A stretch of 64,000 nucleotides of DNA from an uncultured Porphyromonadaceae bacterium (GTDB taxonomy: Bacteria; Bacteroidota; Bacteroidia; Bacteroidales; Muribaculaceae), in NCBI GenBank assembly GCA_947175295.1, contig CAMWMK010000002.1, positions 11,290-75,289 on the forward strand. Direction: 5' to 3'. Below the pieces are notes generated by a model. The model saw nothing but the letters and a program-made list of their open reading frames with translations. It was not told where the DNA came from and searched no databases. Shown piece after piece: positions 53,347 through 63,559 of the stretch. Position 1 is the stretch's first letter. Every line of letters begins with the position of its first letter. The position numbers and the translations under genes are program-made.

Positions 53347-54825
53347 TTAGAGTCCGAGGAGGGCGAGGGGTTGCCACATCGAGAGCTCTACGGAGTTGAC
53401 CAGCCATTCGTAGATCGGGCTTACGAGACCGAAGAATACGATGCCGATGATGCAGAGGCCAAGGCCGATCTTCGCAACACATGTGCTCTTGAACTCACCG
53501 ATGATGGGCTCTTCATTGGAGATCCACATCGCCTTCACTACGCAGAGGTAGTAGTAGAGGGAGATGACTGTGTTGATGAGGGCGATGAGCACGAGCATGT
53601 AGAGAGCCATCGAGTTGGTGGAGCAGACACTTGTGAAGATGAGGATCTTGCTGAAGAATCCTGCGAAGGGAGGGATACCGGCGAGGGAGAACATGGCGAG
53701 CGTCATGGCTACGCTGAGCCAGGGGTTGGTCTTGTGAAGACCGTTGTAGTCATCCATGTTGAGTTTGCCGGTATTGTCTTCGATGGTCTGGATTACGGCG
53801 AAAGCACCGAGGTTGCTGACTACGTAGACGATGATGTAGAACATCAGGGAAGCGAGTCCGAGCGCGTTTGCTGCGATTACGCCGAGCATGATGTAGCCTG
53901 CCTGCGAAACGGAGGAGAACGCCATGAATCGCTTCATGTTCTTCTGGCGGAGTGCGAAGAGGTTACCTACGGTGATGGTAAGGATGATCAAAGCGTAGAG
54001 CATCCACTCCCATGCGTCGCTGTAGACCTGACCGAAACACTGAGTGAAGATGATGAAGAACGCAAATGCCGCAGAACCTTTGGAGATGACCGAGAGGTAG
54101 GATGTGACCGGAGTCGGGGCACCCTGATATACGTCGGCTGTCCAGAGATGGAAAGGCACGAGGGAAAGCTTGAAGCCGATGCCAGCCATCACGAAAGCGA
54201 GTGCGATGGCGAGAAGACCACTCATCTCGCCCTGCGCCACTGCGAGCGCGAGGTCGGAGAAATAGAGGCTGCCCATAGAGAAGGCGTAAACGAAGCTGAG
54301 ACCCATCATAAGCACGGCAGAGCTGAAGACTGCCGTGAGGATGTATTTAATGCCTGCTTCGTGGCTTTCATAGCGGTACTTGTCGAAAGCGATCATAGCA
54401 GCGATAGGAAGCGAAGCAGACTCCAGGCCGATGATGAAGAGAAGGAAGTGGCGGGCTGAGATCATGAGATACATGCCGAAGAGCGTAGCGAAGAGGAGCT
54501 CATAGTATTCGCCCTTCCTTACCGACATCTCTTCGCTGTCGGCCCATTTGAACGACTGAAGAAGCACGAGGAAGACACCTATGTTGAGGATGCACTTCAT
54601 GGCTTTGCAAGCAGTGTCGTTGACATACATTCCGCCGAATATACCTTCAGAAGCGCTCGGAGCGAGCCAGATGGCCACTGTAGCGAGAAGGAAGAGAATC
54701 GCTGTGCAAGGGGTCAGGATCTTCTTTACCCCCTCTCCTCCGAAAGTGTCCATGAAGAACACCACGAGGAAGATTCCCAATACAATCAGTTCGGGAAGCA
54801 TTGTCCCAAATTGTGAATAGTCCAT
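53347..54825 (-). CDS. nuoN: NADH-quinone oxidoreductase subunit N
   Basis: A 492-aa polytopic antiporter-like protein. It is the last gene after nuoM and nuoL, and its length and position are typical. Confidence 0.85.
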   Translation of the reverse strand: MDYSQFGTMLPELIVLGIFLVVFFMDTFGGEGVKKILTPCTAILFLLATVAIWLAPSASEGIFGGMYVNDTACKAMKCILNIGVFLVLLQSFKWADSEEMSVRKGEYYELLFATLFGMYLMISARHFLLFIIGLESASLPIAAMIAFDKYRYESHEAGIKYILTAVFSSAVLMMGLSFVYAFSMGSLYFSDLALAVAQGEMSGLLAIALAFVMAGIGFKLSLVPFHLWTADVYQGAPTPVTSYLSVISKGSAAFAFFIIFTQCFGQVYSDAWEWMLYALIILTITVGNLFALRQKNMKRFMAFSSVSQAGYIMLGVIAANALGLASLMFYIIVYVVSNLGAFAVIQTIEDNTGKLNMDDYNGLHKTNPWLSVAMTLAMFSLAGIPPFAGFFSKILIFTSVCSTNSMALYMLVLIALINTVISLYYYLCVVKAMWISNEEPIIGEFKSTCVAKIGLGLCIIGIVFFGLVSPIYEWLVNSVELSMWQPLALLGL

Positions 54826-54866
54826 TGTTTTTCTGAGTTGTTAGTTGTGAAAGGTAAAGATTCCGA

Positions 54867-56384
54867 TTAGAGGGCAGCCGCCTGAATCACCGCGATGATA
54901 GGCTGGAACGAGTGCTGGATAGTCTCGTTGATCCAGTTGGGGAAGCAGCCGATACCTGCGATGCAGAGGATAAGGGTTACGGTGCTGAAGCGCTCAAACC
55001 ATGTAGCATCCGTAAGGGCGAGGTGATGCTCGTCCTGCACGGGGCCGAGAAGGAGCTTGCCTACGACGCGGAGGATATATACGGCAGTGATCACGATAGA
55101 GCAAGTAGCAGCGATCACGAATACACGATGGAACATATCCGCATCCTGGAACGAACCGAAGAAGATGGTCATCTCAGCTACGAAGCCGGAGAGGCCGGGA
55201 AGGCCAAGCGATGCGAAACCTGCGATCATGTAGCAGACGCCGAGGTAGGGCATGATCTTCATGAGGCCGCCCATCTTGCGGATGTCGCGGGTGTGGGTAC
55301 GGCCATAGATCATACCGATCAGCGCGAAGAAGAGGGCTGTCATAAGACCGTGGGAAAGCATCTGGAGGATAGCGCCGGTCATCGCAGTGGTGTTGAGCAT
55401 CAGGATTGCGAAGAGCACCATGCCGCAGTGCGACACTGAGGAGTAGGCGTTGATGTACTTGAGGTCGGTCTGCACGCAAGCGGAGAACGCTCCATATACG
55501 ATGGAGATGCCTGTCAGGACGATGAAGACCCAAGCCAGTTCATTCGCAGCCTGCGGAAGAAGGAAGATAGCGATACGGAAGCAGCCGTAGCCACCGAGCT
55601 TCATGAGCACGCCGGCGTGGAGCATTGACACCGCTGTGGGGGCACAAGCGTGGCCGTCGGGGCTCCAGGTGTGGAAGGGGAACATCGCTCCAAGCACGCC
55701 GAAGCCAACGAAAGTGAAGCAGAAGAGCATACGCTGCCAGCTCGGGTCGATCTGTGAGTTGTGGGAGATCTCAAGGATGTTCCAGGTGCAGTTCTGGAGT
55801 TCGGGAGCGGAGTGCCAGAAGATGCCGAGGAGGCCGAGCATCAGGAAGGCGGAACCTCCCATAAGCATAAGAGTAAGCTTCATAGCGCTGTATTCCTTGC
55901 GGCCCGTGCCCCAGACGCCGATGAGGAGATACATCGGGATAAGAGCGACCTCATAGAACATGAACATGGTGAACATGTCGATCGAGATGAAGAAGCCGAA
56001 CACACCGGTGCTGAGAAGGCAGAACCAGAGGAAGAAGTTCTTGGGCAGGGGGCTTATCTTCCAGGAAGCGAACGTACCTGCGAAGACGATCACGCAGCTG
56101 AGGAGGAGCATCAGTACGGAGATGCCGTCGACTCCGACAGCGAGATGGATATTGAGGGGGGCATACCAGAGCCAGCTGCCCATATAGAGCATCTCAGCCT
56201 GTTCGCCTGCGGCGCGGAGGCCGAGGAAATCTACGGTAAGCCATATACCGAGCACCATAAGGGCGGTGCTTCCGATTGTCATCACCGCGCGGATGGCATT
56301 CATACTGCTGTTGCGGCAGACGCCGAGACCCGCCATCATGAGGATGGGGATGATCACAAACCAAATTAAGATATTTCCAAACAT
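54867..56384 (-). CDS. nuoM: NADH-quinone oxidoreductase subunit M
   Basis: A 505-aa Mrp/NuoM-type antiporter-like membrane protein located between nuoL and nuoN. Confidence 0.85.
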   Translation of the reverse strand: MFGNILIWFVIIPILMMAGLGVCRNSSMNAIRAVMTIGSTALMVLGIWLTVDFLGLRAAGEQAEMLYMGSWLWYAPLNIHLAVGVDGISVLMLLLSCVIVFAGTFASWKISPLPKNFFLWFCLLSTGVFGFFISIDMFTMFMFYEVALIPMYLLIGVWGTGRKEYSAMKLTLMLMGGSAFLMLGLLGIFWHSAPELQNCTWNILEISHNSQIDPSWQRMLFCFTFVGFGVLGAMFPFHTWSPDGHACAPTAVSMLHAGVLMKLGGYGCFRIAIFLLPQAANELAWVFIVLTGISIVYGAFSACVQTDLKYINAYSSVSHCGMVLFAILMLNTTAMTGAILQMLSHGLMTALFFALIGMIYGRTHTRDIRKMGGLMKIMPYLGVCYMIAGFASLGLPGLSGFVAEMTIFFGSFQDADMFHRVFVIAATCSIVITAVYILRVVGKLLLGPVQDEHHLALTDATWFERFSTVTLILCIAGIGCFPNWINETIQHSFQPIIAVIQAAAL

Positions 56385-56415
56385 TGTCTTGAATTTTTTA
56401 GCAATATGAATAAAT

Positions 56416-58368
56416 TCAGAGGATACACCACCATACGAATGCCGCGAGGGCGATGGCTCCGAAGAAATACCATGCCACGTAGGCCTGGATGTGGCCGTTC
56501 TGCATGCCGCGGATAGAGAAGCTTGCCTTCTGAGTTACCTTGGCGAAGCCATCCATAGTAGCGTCGATGACGTGGCGGTCAAACCAAGCGATGCTCTGGC
56601 AGATGATGCCGAAGATGATCTTATGGGTGATGAACTGATAGATCTCATCCCAGTAGAAGCGGCGGTGGGCAGCCTCCCAGAGGGTGGGAAGAGCGGCGCG
56701 CATCTTTGCGGGACGGTCGTTTTTCTTCATATAGAGCCAAGTGGCGAGTGCGATGGCCGCTACGGCGATGATCACACTGGTGATGGCTACGGAAGCCTCG
56801 AGGTGGATATGGTAGGGCTCGCCGTTGTAGGTGACGAATTCACCGAAGGGAATGAAACCTGCCACGCAGCTTACGAGGGCGAGGATGATGAGCGGAAGCG
56901 ACATCTGCCAGGGAGCGTCGTGGGGTTTGTGGTGCTCATAGTGAGGATTCTCCTCCCACCAGAAGATGAGGTAGTAGAGGCGGAACATGTAGAATGCAGT
57001 CAGACCTGCAACCATCGACATCCAAGCGCCCCAGAAGAATGAGTTCTGATACATGGCAGCGAGCATCTCGTCTTTGGAGAAGAAGCCGGAGAAGGGAGGG
57101 ATACCTGCGATGGCGAGACAGCCGATGAGGAATGTCCAGTGGGTGATGGGCATATACTTGCGGAGGCCACCCATGGCGGTGTAATTGTTGGAGTGGACTG
57201 CGTGGATGAGGCAGCCAGCACCGAGGAAGAGGAGGGCCTTGAACATTGCATGGGTGAAGAGATGGAACATCGAAGCCATGTAGCCGAGGCCGGGAGCATG
57301 CCAGTGCTCACCGACGGGGACATAGTCGCGGGCAACTGCGAGCGACACCATCATGAATGCGATCTGCGAGATGGTGGAGAAAGCGAGCACACGCTTGATA
57401 TCGACCTGGCAGCAAGCCACCACGGCAGCGTAGAAAGCAGTGATAGCGCCTACGACGCCGACGAAGTCCATGGAAGCGGGCACCTGGCAGTAGCAGGGGA
57501 ACATGCGTGCTACGAGGTAGACACCGGCGACGACCATTGTTGCGGCGTGGATGAGGGCCGACACGGGAGTCGGGCCTTCCATAGCGTCGGGAAGCCAGAT
57601 ATGGAGCGGCATCATGGCCGACTTACCCATACCGCCCATGAAGATGAGCACCATGGCCCAAGTCATCACGGAAGCACCGAGGAAAGTAGCGCCGCCGCAC
57701 TCCGCCATCACGAGTTCGGGATTGGATGTGAGTGCCTGGAAGTTGAATGTATCGGTATAGTAGGAGAGCACGAGGATACCGATGAGGAAGCCGAGGTCGG
57801 CGAAACGGGTCACGATAAACGCCTTCTTGGATGCTGACACAGCCGACGGAAGCTTATAGAAGAAACCGATAAGCAGGTAGGAGCTGACACCTACGAGCTC
57901 CCAGAAAATATACATCTGGAAGATGTTGGTGGCCACTACAAGGCCGAGCATGGAGAATGAGAAGAGGTTGAGGAAGGCATAGTAGCGCTGGAAACCGGGC
58001 TCATGTTCCATATAGCCCCAGGAGTAAAGGTGGACGAAGAAGGAGATGGTAGTGATGACCACCAGCATCATCGCCGAAATCGGATCAAGAAGGAAACCGA
58101 TCTTCACCACGAGGCTCTGGGTGAAAGCAAGCCAGGTGACATCGAACACCTGATACTGCAGACGCTGGCCGAGCTCGGAGATGAATTCGGGCGCGCCGCT
58201 GAAGAAGTATGTGAAGGCCACTGTATAGGCGAGCACAGCGCATGTGCCCATACCGAGGATGCCGAGGATACCGGCAACTTTGCGTGGCATCACAACGCCT
58301 CCGATTCCCAAGATGAGGAACATCGCAATTGGGATCGCAAGGATTAAAATTGGAAGTGTTATGTCCAT
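56416..58368 (-). CDS. nuoL: NADH-quinone oxidoreductase subunit L
   Basis: 650 aa. It is antiporter-like with a C-terminal extension (lateral helix region) and follows nuoK. Confidence 0.85.
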   Translation of the reverse strand: MDITLPILILAIPIAMFLILGIGGVVMPRKVAGILGILGMGTCAVLAYTVAFTYFFSGAPEFISELGQRLQYQVFDVTWLAFTQSLVVKIGFLLDPISAMMLVVITTISFFVHLYSWGYMEHEPGFQRYYAFLNLFSFSMLGLVVATNIFQMYIFWELVGVSSYLLIGFFYKLPSAVSASKKAFIVTRFADLGFLIGILVLSYYTDTFNFQALTSNPELVMAECGGATFLGASVMTWAMVLIFMGGMGKSAMMPLHIWLPDAMEGPTPVSALIHAATMVVAGVYLVARMFPCYCQVPASMDFVGVVGAITAFYAAVVACCQVDIKRVLAFSTISQIAFMMVSLAVARDYVPVGEHWHAPGLGYMASMFHLFTHAMFKALLFLGAGCLIHAVHSNNYTAMGGLRKYMPITHWTFLIGCLAIAGIPPFSGFFSKDEMLAAMYQNSFFWGAWMSMVAGLTAFYMFRLYYLIFWWEENPHYEHHKPHDAPWQMSLPLIILALVSCVAGFIPFGEFVTYNGEPYHIHLEASVAITSVIIAVAAIALATWLYMKKNDRPAKMRAALPTLWEAAHRRFYWDEIYQFITHKIIFGIICQSIAWFDRHVIDATMDGFAKVTQKASFSIRGMQNGHIQAYVAWYFFGAIALAAFVWWCIL

Positions 58369-58382
58369 ATCTTAGGAATAGT

Positions 58383-58694
58383 TTAGAATTTCATTTCTTT
58401 AATGTCCGTCACGTTGGTATTGCCGATGGCCCTGTAGATGTTTATGATCAGGGCGATGGCGATAGCCGTCTCGGCAGCCGCGATTGCGATGGCGAAGAGC
58501 GTGAAGATCATGCCCTCCATCGAGCCGGGGAAAAGGTAACGGTTGAAAATCACGAAATTGAGATCGGCTGAGTTGAGCATGAGCTCAAGCGAGATCAGCA
58601 TAGCGATCATGTTTTTGCGGGTAATGAAGCCGTAGACGCCACAAGCGAAGAGGAGAATGCTCGGCACCAGATACCATAAAATGCTTATATCCAT
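58383..58694 (-). CDS. nuoK: NADH-quinone oxidoreductase subunit K
   Basis: 103 aa with 3 TM segments. Contains the typical NuoK segment LISLELMLNSADLNFV. Confidence 0.85.
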   Translation of the reverse strand: MDISILWYLVPSILLFACGVYGFITRKNMIAMLISLELMLNSADLNFVIFNRYLFPGSMEGMIFTLFAIAIAAAETAIAIALIINIYRAIGNTNVTDIKEMKF

Positions 58695-58715
58695 AATATA
58701 AAACTATTTTCGGGA

Positions 58716-59246
58716 TTATTTCTTACGTGCGATTACAACTCCACCGATGATGCAGGCGAGCAGCAGGACGCTGACAGCCTCGAAAGGAAGAAGATACTGG
58801 AATTTCTCCGAACCCACGAGAGCGGTGCCGATGTCGTGCATGGTCAGCTGCGGACCTCCGTAGGCGATGGCCTGTGAGAGGGAGATACCCTTCACGAGAG
58901 GCATCTTGAAGAGGGCCACGAGAAGGAGGGCGGCTCCTACCACGGAAGCGGCGATGCCGGTGAATTTCCTATGCGCGAGGAGGGGAGCGCTTTTCTCATT
59001 GGGCTTGTGGGTAAGGATGATCGCAAACACAAACAGCACCATGATGCCTCCGGCATATACCGCTATCTGCACTGCTCCGAGGAACTGATAGCCGAGCTGG
59101 AAATAGAACACAGCCGTGCAGATCAAAGAGAAGAGCAGATAGGTGGCTGCCCGAAGGATCTTGGTCGTAGTGACAGCCAGATAGGCTGAGATGACCATTA
59201 CGATGGCCACTACGAAGTAGAGTATGATGTTTCCTACTGAATCCAT
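58716..59246 (-). CDS. nuoJ: NADH-quinone oxidoreductase subunit J
   Basis: A 176-aa, 5-TM protein located between nuoI and nuoK. Contains AVQIAVYAGGIMVLFVFAI, typical of NuoJ. Confidence 0.8.
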   Translation of the reverse strand: MDSVGNIILYFVVAIVMVISAYLAVTTTKILRAATYLLFSLICTAVFYFQLGYQFLGAVQIAVYAGGIMVLFVFAIILTHKPNEKSAPLLAHRKFTGIAASVVGAALLLVALFKMPLVKGISLSQAIAYGGPQLTMHDIGTALVGSEKFQYLLPFEAVSVLLLACIIGGVVIARKK

Positions 59247-59281
59247 TGTTATTGTTGGTTTTTCGTTTTAAGTTTCGCTTT

Positions 59282-59914
59282 TCACGCCTTCGGGGCGTCG
59301 GGGTTTTGTGCGGCATTCTGAGCGGCCTCCTTCTCGGCTTTCTTGGCAGCGGCCTTAGCGAGGGCCTCGGCCTTGATCTTAGCCAGCTGTTCCGGATCCA
59401 TCGCGGGTTTCGGCTTCGGCTTCGACGCCTCGGCTATCACCTGCGCATCAGTGACTTCAGAATGGGCGTTCAGCAGTTTGACAAGTTTGTCGCGGGTGAA
59501 GACGGCCTGTTCGAAATCGTTGGAGAATTCAAGGGCGTCTTGCGGACAAGTGGTCACGCAAAGCATGCAGAACGTGCAGCTTCCGAGATCATAGTAATAC
59601 TTGTCAAGCACTTTTTTCTTCTTGCCGTCGGGCAGTTCCACGAATCTCGTCTTGAGTTCGATGGAGCTGTTGGGGCAGTTCATCTGGCAGATGCCGCAGG
59701 CGATACATTTATTGTAGGCCGGAGACGCGTCATCGCCGATCAGTGTAAGTTCCGCACGGAACCGGTCGGCGATCTTGAGCGTAGTGTGGCGGTTTTCGGG
59801 ATACTGCTCCGTAATCTTGGGAGTGACAAGCTCCTTACCGGTCACGGCCATACCCTTCGCCAGGCTCGCGATGCCTTTACCTACCGACGAAAAATATTCC
59901 TTAATGCTACTCAT
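59282..59914 (-). CDS. nuoI: NADH-quinone oxidoreductase subunit I (2x[4Fe-4S] ferredoxin) with an Ala/Lys/Glu-rich C-terminal tail
   Basis: The ATG at 59914 gives MSSIKEYFSSVGKGIASLAKGMAVTGKEL...TEQYPE. Two CxxCxxCxxxCP motifs are present (CIACGICQMNCP, CTFCMLCVTTCP). The longer ORF start at 60025 would overlap atpG. Confidence 0.85.
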   Translation of the reverse strand: MSSIKEYFSSVGKGIASLAKGMAVTGKELVTPKITEQYPENRHTTLKIADRFRAELTLIGDDASPAYNKCIACGICQMNCPNSSIELKTRFVELPDGKKKKVLDKYYYDLGSCTFCMLCVTTCPQDALEFSNDFEQAVFTRDKLVKLLNAHSEVTDAQVIAEASKPKPKPAMDPEQLAKIKAEALAKAAAKKAEKEAAQNAAQNPDAPKA

Positions 59915-59948
59915 ATATTGGTTTGTTATGTTGTTTTTTTTCGATGAA

Positions 59949-60839
59949 TTAGCGTTCCACCTGGCCTCCGAGGATATCGAGGAGTTCGGTGGTGATGCTT
60001 TCCTGACGAAGCTTGTTGTATTCAAGCTGCAGGCCTTCGAGAAGTTTCTTGGCGTTGTCGTTGGCGCTCTGCATTGCCATCACTCGGGCAGCCTGCTCGG
60101 AGGCACGGTTTTCAATGGTGATCTCCTGCATGGTTGAGAGCACGAACATCGGGAGCACTGCATTGAAGATGCTGTTGGCGTCAGGCTCGAAGATACAGAG
60201 TCCGTTGGCTTCCTTTGAGTCGGAACCTTCAAGAAGGGTCTCTCCGGATACCGGGAAGAGAGTCTCCAAAGTAGGACGCTGACGGCTCATCGAGAAGAAT
60301 TTCATATACTCCACGCATACGAGGTCGTATTCGCCGGAGGAGAACCTGTCGCGCAGTGAATGCGTGAATTCGTTGACCTTTTCTGCTTCCATCTTTGAGT
60401 CGACACCTTCGACCGCCACAATGTGCATATGCTGTCCGGCGATTTTAGACAGCGCTTTGTGCATTTTCTGTCCGATAGGGTAGAGGTCGATATCTACCGA
60501 TGGTCCGTATTTGGCCTTGAGCTGGTTGATCTCCACCAGAGCAGCCTTGAAAATATTGATATTGTATGCACCGCAAAGGCCGTCGTCGCTGCCGAAGACA
60601 GCCAAGGCGATTTTCTTCACCTCGTGGCGAGTCTCGATAAGCGGACTGCTGAAGTCGGTGCCGGTCTGCATGATATGCGCCATCACCGACTTGATCTTTT
60701 CGCGGTATGGCACAAGCTGCTTGAGAGAAGACTCAAACTTATGCACCTTCGCGGAAGAGATCATCTTCATGGCGCCGGTGATCTTCTCGCTCGAAGCGAC
60801 TGATCCGATACGTGTCTTTAGTTCCCTGAGGGTTGCCAT
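59949..60839 (-). CDS. atpG: F0F1 ATP synthase subunit gamma
   Basis: MATLRELKTRIGSVASSEKITGAMKMISSAKV is the canonical gamma N-terminus. The length is 296 aa. Confidence 0.95.
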   Translation of the reverse strand: MATLRELKTRIGSVASSEKITGAMKMISSAKVHKFESSLKQLVPYREKIKSVMAHIMQTGTDFSSPLIETRHEVKKIALAVFGSDDGLCGAYNINIFKAALVEINQLKAKYGPSVDIDLYPIGQKMHKALSKIAGQHMHIVAVEGVDSKMEAEKVNEFTHSLRDRFSSGEYDLVCVEYMKFFSMSRQRPTLETLFPVSGETLLEGSDSKEANGLCIFEPDANSIFNAVLPMFVLSTMQEITIENRASEQAARVMAMQSANDNAKKLLEGLQLEYNKLRQESITTELLDILGGQVER

Positions 60840-60907
60840 TGTCTTGTATTATAGAATTTCAATTAGTGGCATGCGTCGGTATCACCCGGCGCATGCCTGA
60901 AAAGTAA

Positions 60908-62482
60908 TTATTTATATCGGGAGCTGATCTCCGACGCGCATTCACGGATCTTAGCCTGAATGTCGTCGGTAAGATTGCCGGCCTTGATCTCATCAAGTAC
61001 TTCCTTGCGGTATTTAGCCTCAAGAAGCTGGATGAAAAGAGACTCAAATTCATGTACCTTGTCGATGGGAACGTTTTCCATCAGGCCGTTGACGCCGCAG
61101 TAGATGACTGCCACCTGGTTTTCCACGGGCCAGGGCTGATACTGGGGCTGGATGAGCAGCTGCTGGTTTTTACGTCCGGTGTCGATCACCTTTGCGGTAA
61201 CGGGGTCGATGTCGCCGCCGAATTTGGTGAACGACTCGAGCTCGCGGTACTGTGCCTGAGCGATCTTGAGCGTACCGGCCACTTTCTTCATCGGCTTGAT
61301 CTGGGCGTTGCCACCTACACGCGACACTGAGATACCCACATTGACAGCCGGACGGATACCCTGGTTGAAGAGAGCGGTCTCAAGGAATATCTGGCCGTCG
61401 GTGATGGAGATCACGTTTGTCGGGATATAGGCCGATACGTCGCCTGCCTGTGTCTCGATGATGGGAAGGGCAGTAAGCGAACCGCCGCCTTTCACTATGG
61501 GCTTGAGTACATCGGGCAGGTCGTTCATGTTTGAAGCCACCTGCTGGTTGTCAATGATCTTAGCCGCGCGTTCGAGAAGACGGGAGTGGAGATAGAAGAT
61601 ATCGCCGGGATATGCCTCACGTCCGGAAGGACGCTTGAGGATAAGGGAGATCTCACGATAGGCAACGGCCTGCTTCGAGAGGTCGTCGTAAACGATGAGA
61701 GCGTCACGGCCTGTATCGCGGATGAACTCTCCGATGGCAACTCCCGCGAAGGGAGCGTAGTAGCGCATGGCGGCGGAGTCGGAAGCCGTAGCCGACACGA
61801 CTACGGTGTAGTCCATAGCGCCGTGCTTCTTGAGTGTCTGCACGATGGAAGCCACTGTAGACGCTTTCTGGCCGATGGCCACGTAGATACAGTAGACAGG
61901 TTTTCCGGCGAGGAAGTTGCTCTTCTGATTGATGATGGTGTCGATGGCGATGGCCGTCTTACCGATCTGGCGGTCGCCGATGATAAGCTCACGCTGTCCG
62001 CGACCGATAGGAATCATTGAGTCGATGGCCTTAAGACCGGTCTGGAGCGGCTGCTTCACGGGCTGGCGGAAGATAACGCCGGGCGCCTTTCTCTCAAGCG
62101 GCATGCGAAGCAACTCACCCTCTATGGGGCCGTTGCCGTCGATGGGTTCGCCGAGGATGTTGATGACGCGACCGAAAAGACCATCGCCGACCGGAATAGA
62201 GGCAATCTCACCCGTGCGACGTACCGTCATGTTTTCTGACACCGCATTCACATCGTCGAGAAGCACAACACCCACGTTGCTTTCCTCGAGATTGAGCGCG
62301 ACACCGGTAGAACCGTTTTCGAACTCCACGAGCTCCGAGGCCTTAACGTTTTCGAGACCATATACGTGGGCCACGCCGTCGCCGACGCTGAGCACAGTGC
62401 CTGTCTCTTCAAACTTCACCTGGGAGTTGACGTTCTCGAGCTGCTGCTTTAGAATATCTGAAATTTCGCTTGGGTTAAGCAT
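60908..62482 (-). CDS. atpA: F0F1 ATP synthase subunit alpha
   Basis: 524 aa with Walker A GDRQIGKT and the typical alpha-subunit segments. Confidence 0.95.
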   Translation of the reverse strand: MLNPSEISDILKQQLENVNSQVKFEETGTVLSVGDGVAHVYGLENVKASELVEFENGSTGVALNLEESNVGVVLLDDVNAVSENMTVRRTGEIASIPVGDGLFGRVINILGEPIDGNGPIEGELLRMPLERKAPGVIFRQPVKQPLQTGLKAIDSMIPIGRGQRELIIGDRQIGKTAIAIDTIINQKSNFLAGKPVYCIYVAIGQKASTVASIVQTLKKHGAMDYTVVVSATASDSAAMRYYAPFAGVAIGEFIRDTGRDALIVYDDLSKQAVAYREISLILKRPSGREAYPGDIFYLHSRLLERAAKIIDNQQVASNMNDLPDVLKPIVKGGGSLTALPIIETQAGDVSAYIPTNVISITDGQIFLETALFNQGIRPAVNVGISVSRVGGNAQIKPMKKVAGTLKIAQAQYRELESFTKFGGDIDPVTAKVIDTGRKNQQLLIQPQYQPWPVENQVAVIYCGVNGLMENVPIDKVHEFESLFIQLLEAKYRKEVLDEIKAGNLTDDIQAKIRECASEISSRYK

Positions 62483-62484
62483 TG

Positions 62485-63030
62485 TTAATTGCTTCTTAAA
62501 AGTTTTAAACGTAATTGTTCGATCTCATTGCTGATCGAAGCGTCGAGACGTTGGCCGTCTACATCGATCACAAATCCTCCGATGAGTTCGGGATCGACTT
62601 CATGAGAGAATTCAAGGGTCATCCCCGGATATGCCTTCGACACGATGGCGCGCAGTTTCTGCAGCATTGTATCGTCGAGATTGGAGGCGGTGATGATCCT
62701 CACGCGAGCGATCTTCATTTCCTTTCGGTAGAGATCGCAGTAGGCGAGGGCCATCAGATGAGCGAAGGCTGCCCTTTTACGATCGAGAATAAGCCTGACG
62801 AATGAACGATAGTCGTCCTCCACCATGTCGCCGGCGGCAGTGAGCAGGAGTTTTTCCTTATCCTCACGGCTTACGTAGGGATTGGAGAGCACTTTCTGCA
62901 GACCGGGATTGCTGGCAAACGAATCAGCAACCGTCTTCATCTCGAGGTATACCTTTTCGGCGTTACCCCGCTCGACGGCGAGTTTGTAGAGCGCCTTAGC
63001 GTAGCGCTGCGGTATGAGTCCCTCGTTCAT
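62485..63030 (-). CDS. atpH: F0F1 ATP synthase subunit delta (OSCP)
   Basis: 181 aa with N-terminus [10 protein letters not shown]. It lies between atpF and atpA. Confidence 0.9.
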   Translation of the reverse strand: MNEGLIPQRYAKALYKLAVERGNAEKVYLEMKTVADSFASNPGLQKVLSNPYVSREDKEKLLLTAAGDMVEDDYRSFVRLILDRKRAAFAHLMALAYCDLYRKEMKIARVRIITASNLDDTMLQKLRAIVSKAYPGMTLEFSHEVDPELIGGFVIDVDGQRLDASISNEIEQLRLKLLRSN

Positions 63031-63034
63031 CGTC

Positions 63035-63529
63035 TCAATTCTTCTCTATTTCGTCCAACATCTTGCTGACAAGCTTCTGCTGCTCTTCATCGTTTCGGAG
63101 CTGGCCGCGGACCATCTTCTCGGCGATGTCGAGAGAGAACTTGCTGACTTCATTCCTGAACTGGAGTTCGGCTTCCTTGCGAGACTGCTCGATGGAGACC
63201 TTAGCCTGCTCCATCACCTTACGGGCCTCTTCGGAAGCTTCCTTTTTGGCTTCCTCGATGATCTGGCTCTTCATTTTCGCGGCTTCGCGAAGAATGTCGG
63301 CCTGACGGGCCTGAGCTTCATCTATCACCTGCTGTGCGGATTGCTTCGCATTGTCGAGCTGCTCTTTGGCCTCCCGGGCGTATTCCACACCTTTGTCGAT
63401 AGCGTCAGCACGCCCTTCCATCTGCTTGATGATTGCAGGCCATCCCCACTTCGCAAGCACGAGGAAGAGGATGATGAATGCCACAAACATCCAGAACACC
63501 AGTCCAAAATCGGGCGTGAATAATTCCAT
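63035..63529 (-). CDS. atpF: F0F1 ATP synthase subunit b
   Basis: 164 aa with a single N-terminal TM segment and a long charged coiled-coil region. Confidence 0.9.
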   Translation of the reverse strand: MELFTPDFGLVFWMFVAFIILFLVLAKWGWPAIIKQMEGRADAIDKGVEYAREAKEQLDNAKQSAQQVIDEAQARQADILREAAKMKSQIIEEAKKEASEEARKVMEQAKVSIEQSRKEAELQFRNEVSKFSLDIAEKMVRGQLRNDEEQQKLVSKMLDEIEKN

Positions 63530-63559
63530 TCCAATAAGAATTTTTATGGCCTAAGCCGA

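Noticed and set aside
53323-54459. A 378-aa plus-strand ORF rich in Asp/Glu/His/Gly.
   Set aside because: It lies entirely antisense to nuoN, whose product is an unmistakable polytopic membrane protein. The composition is typical of a shadow ORF. The same reasoning applies to 7226-8347(-), 8546-9397(-), 15617-16477(+), 17783-18496(+), 22493-23113(+), 55761-56369(+), 57139-57837(+), 59246-59947(+) and the other ORFs overlapping a strong call on the opposite strand.
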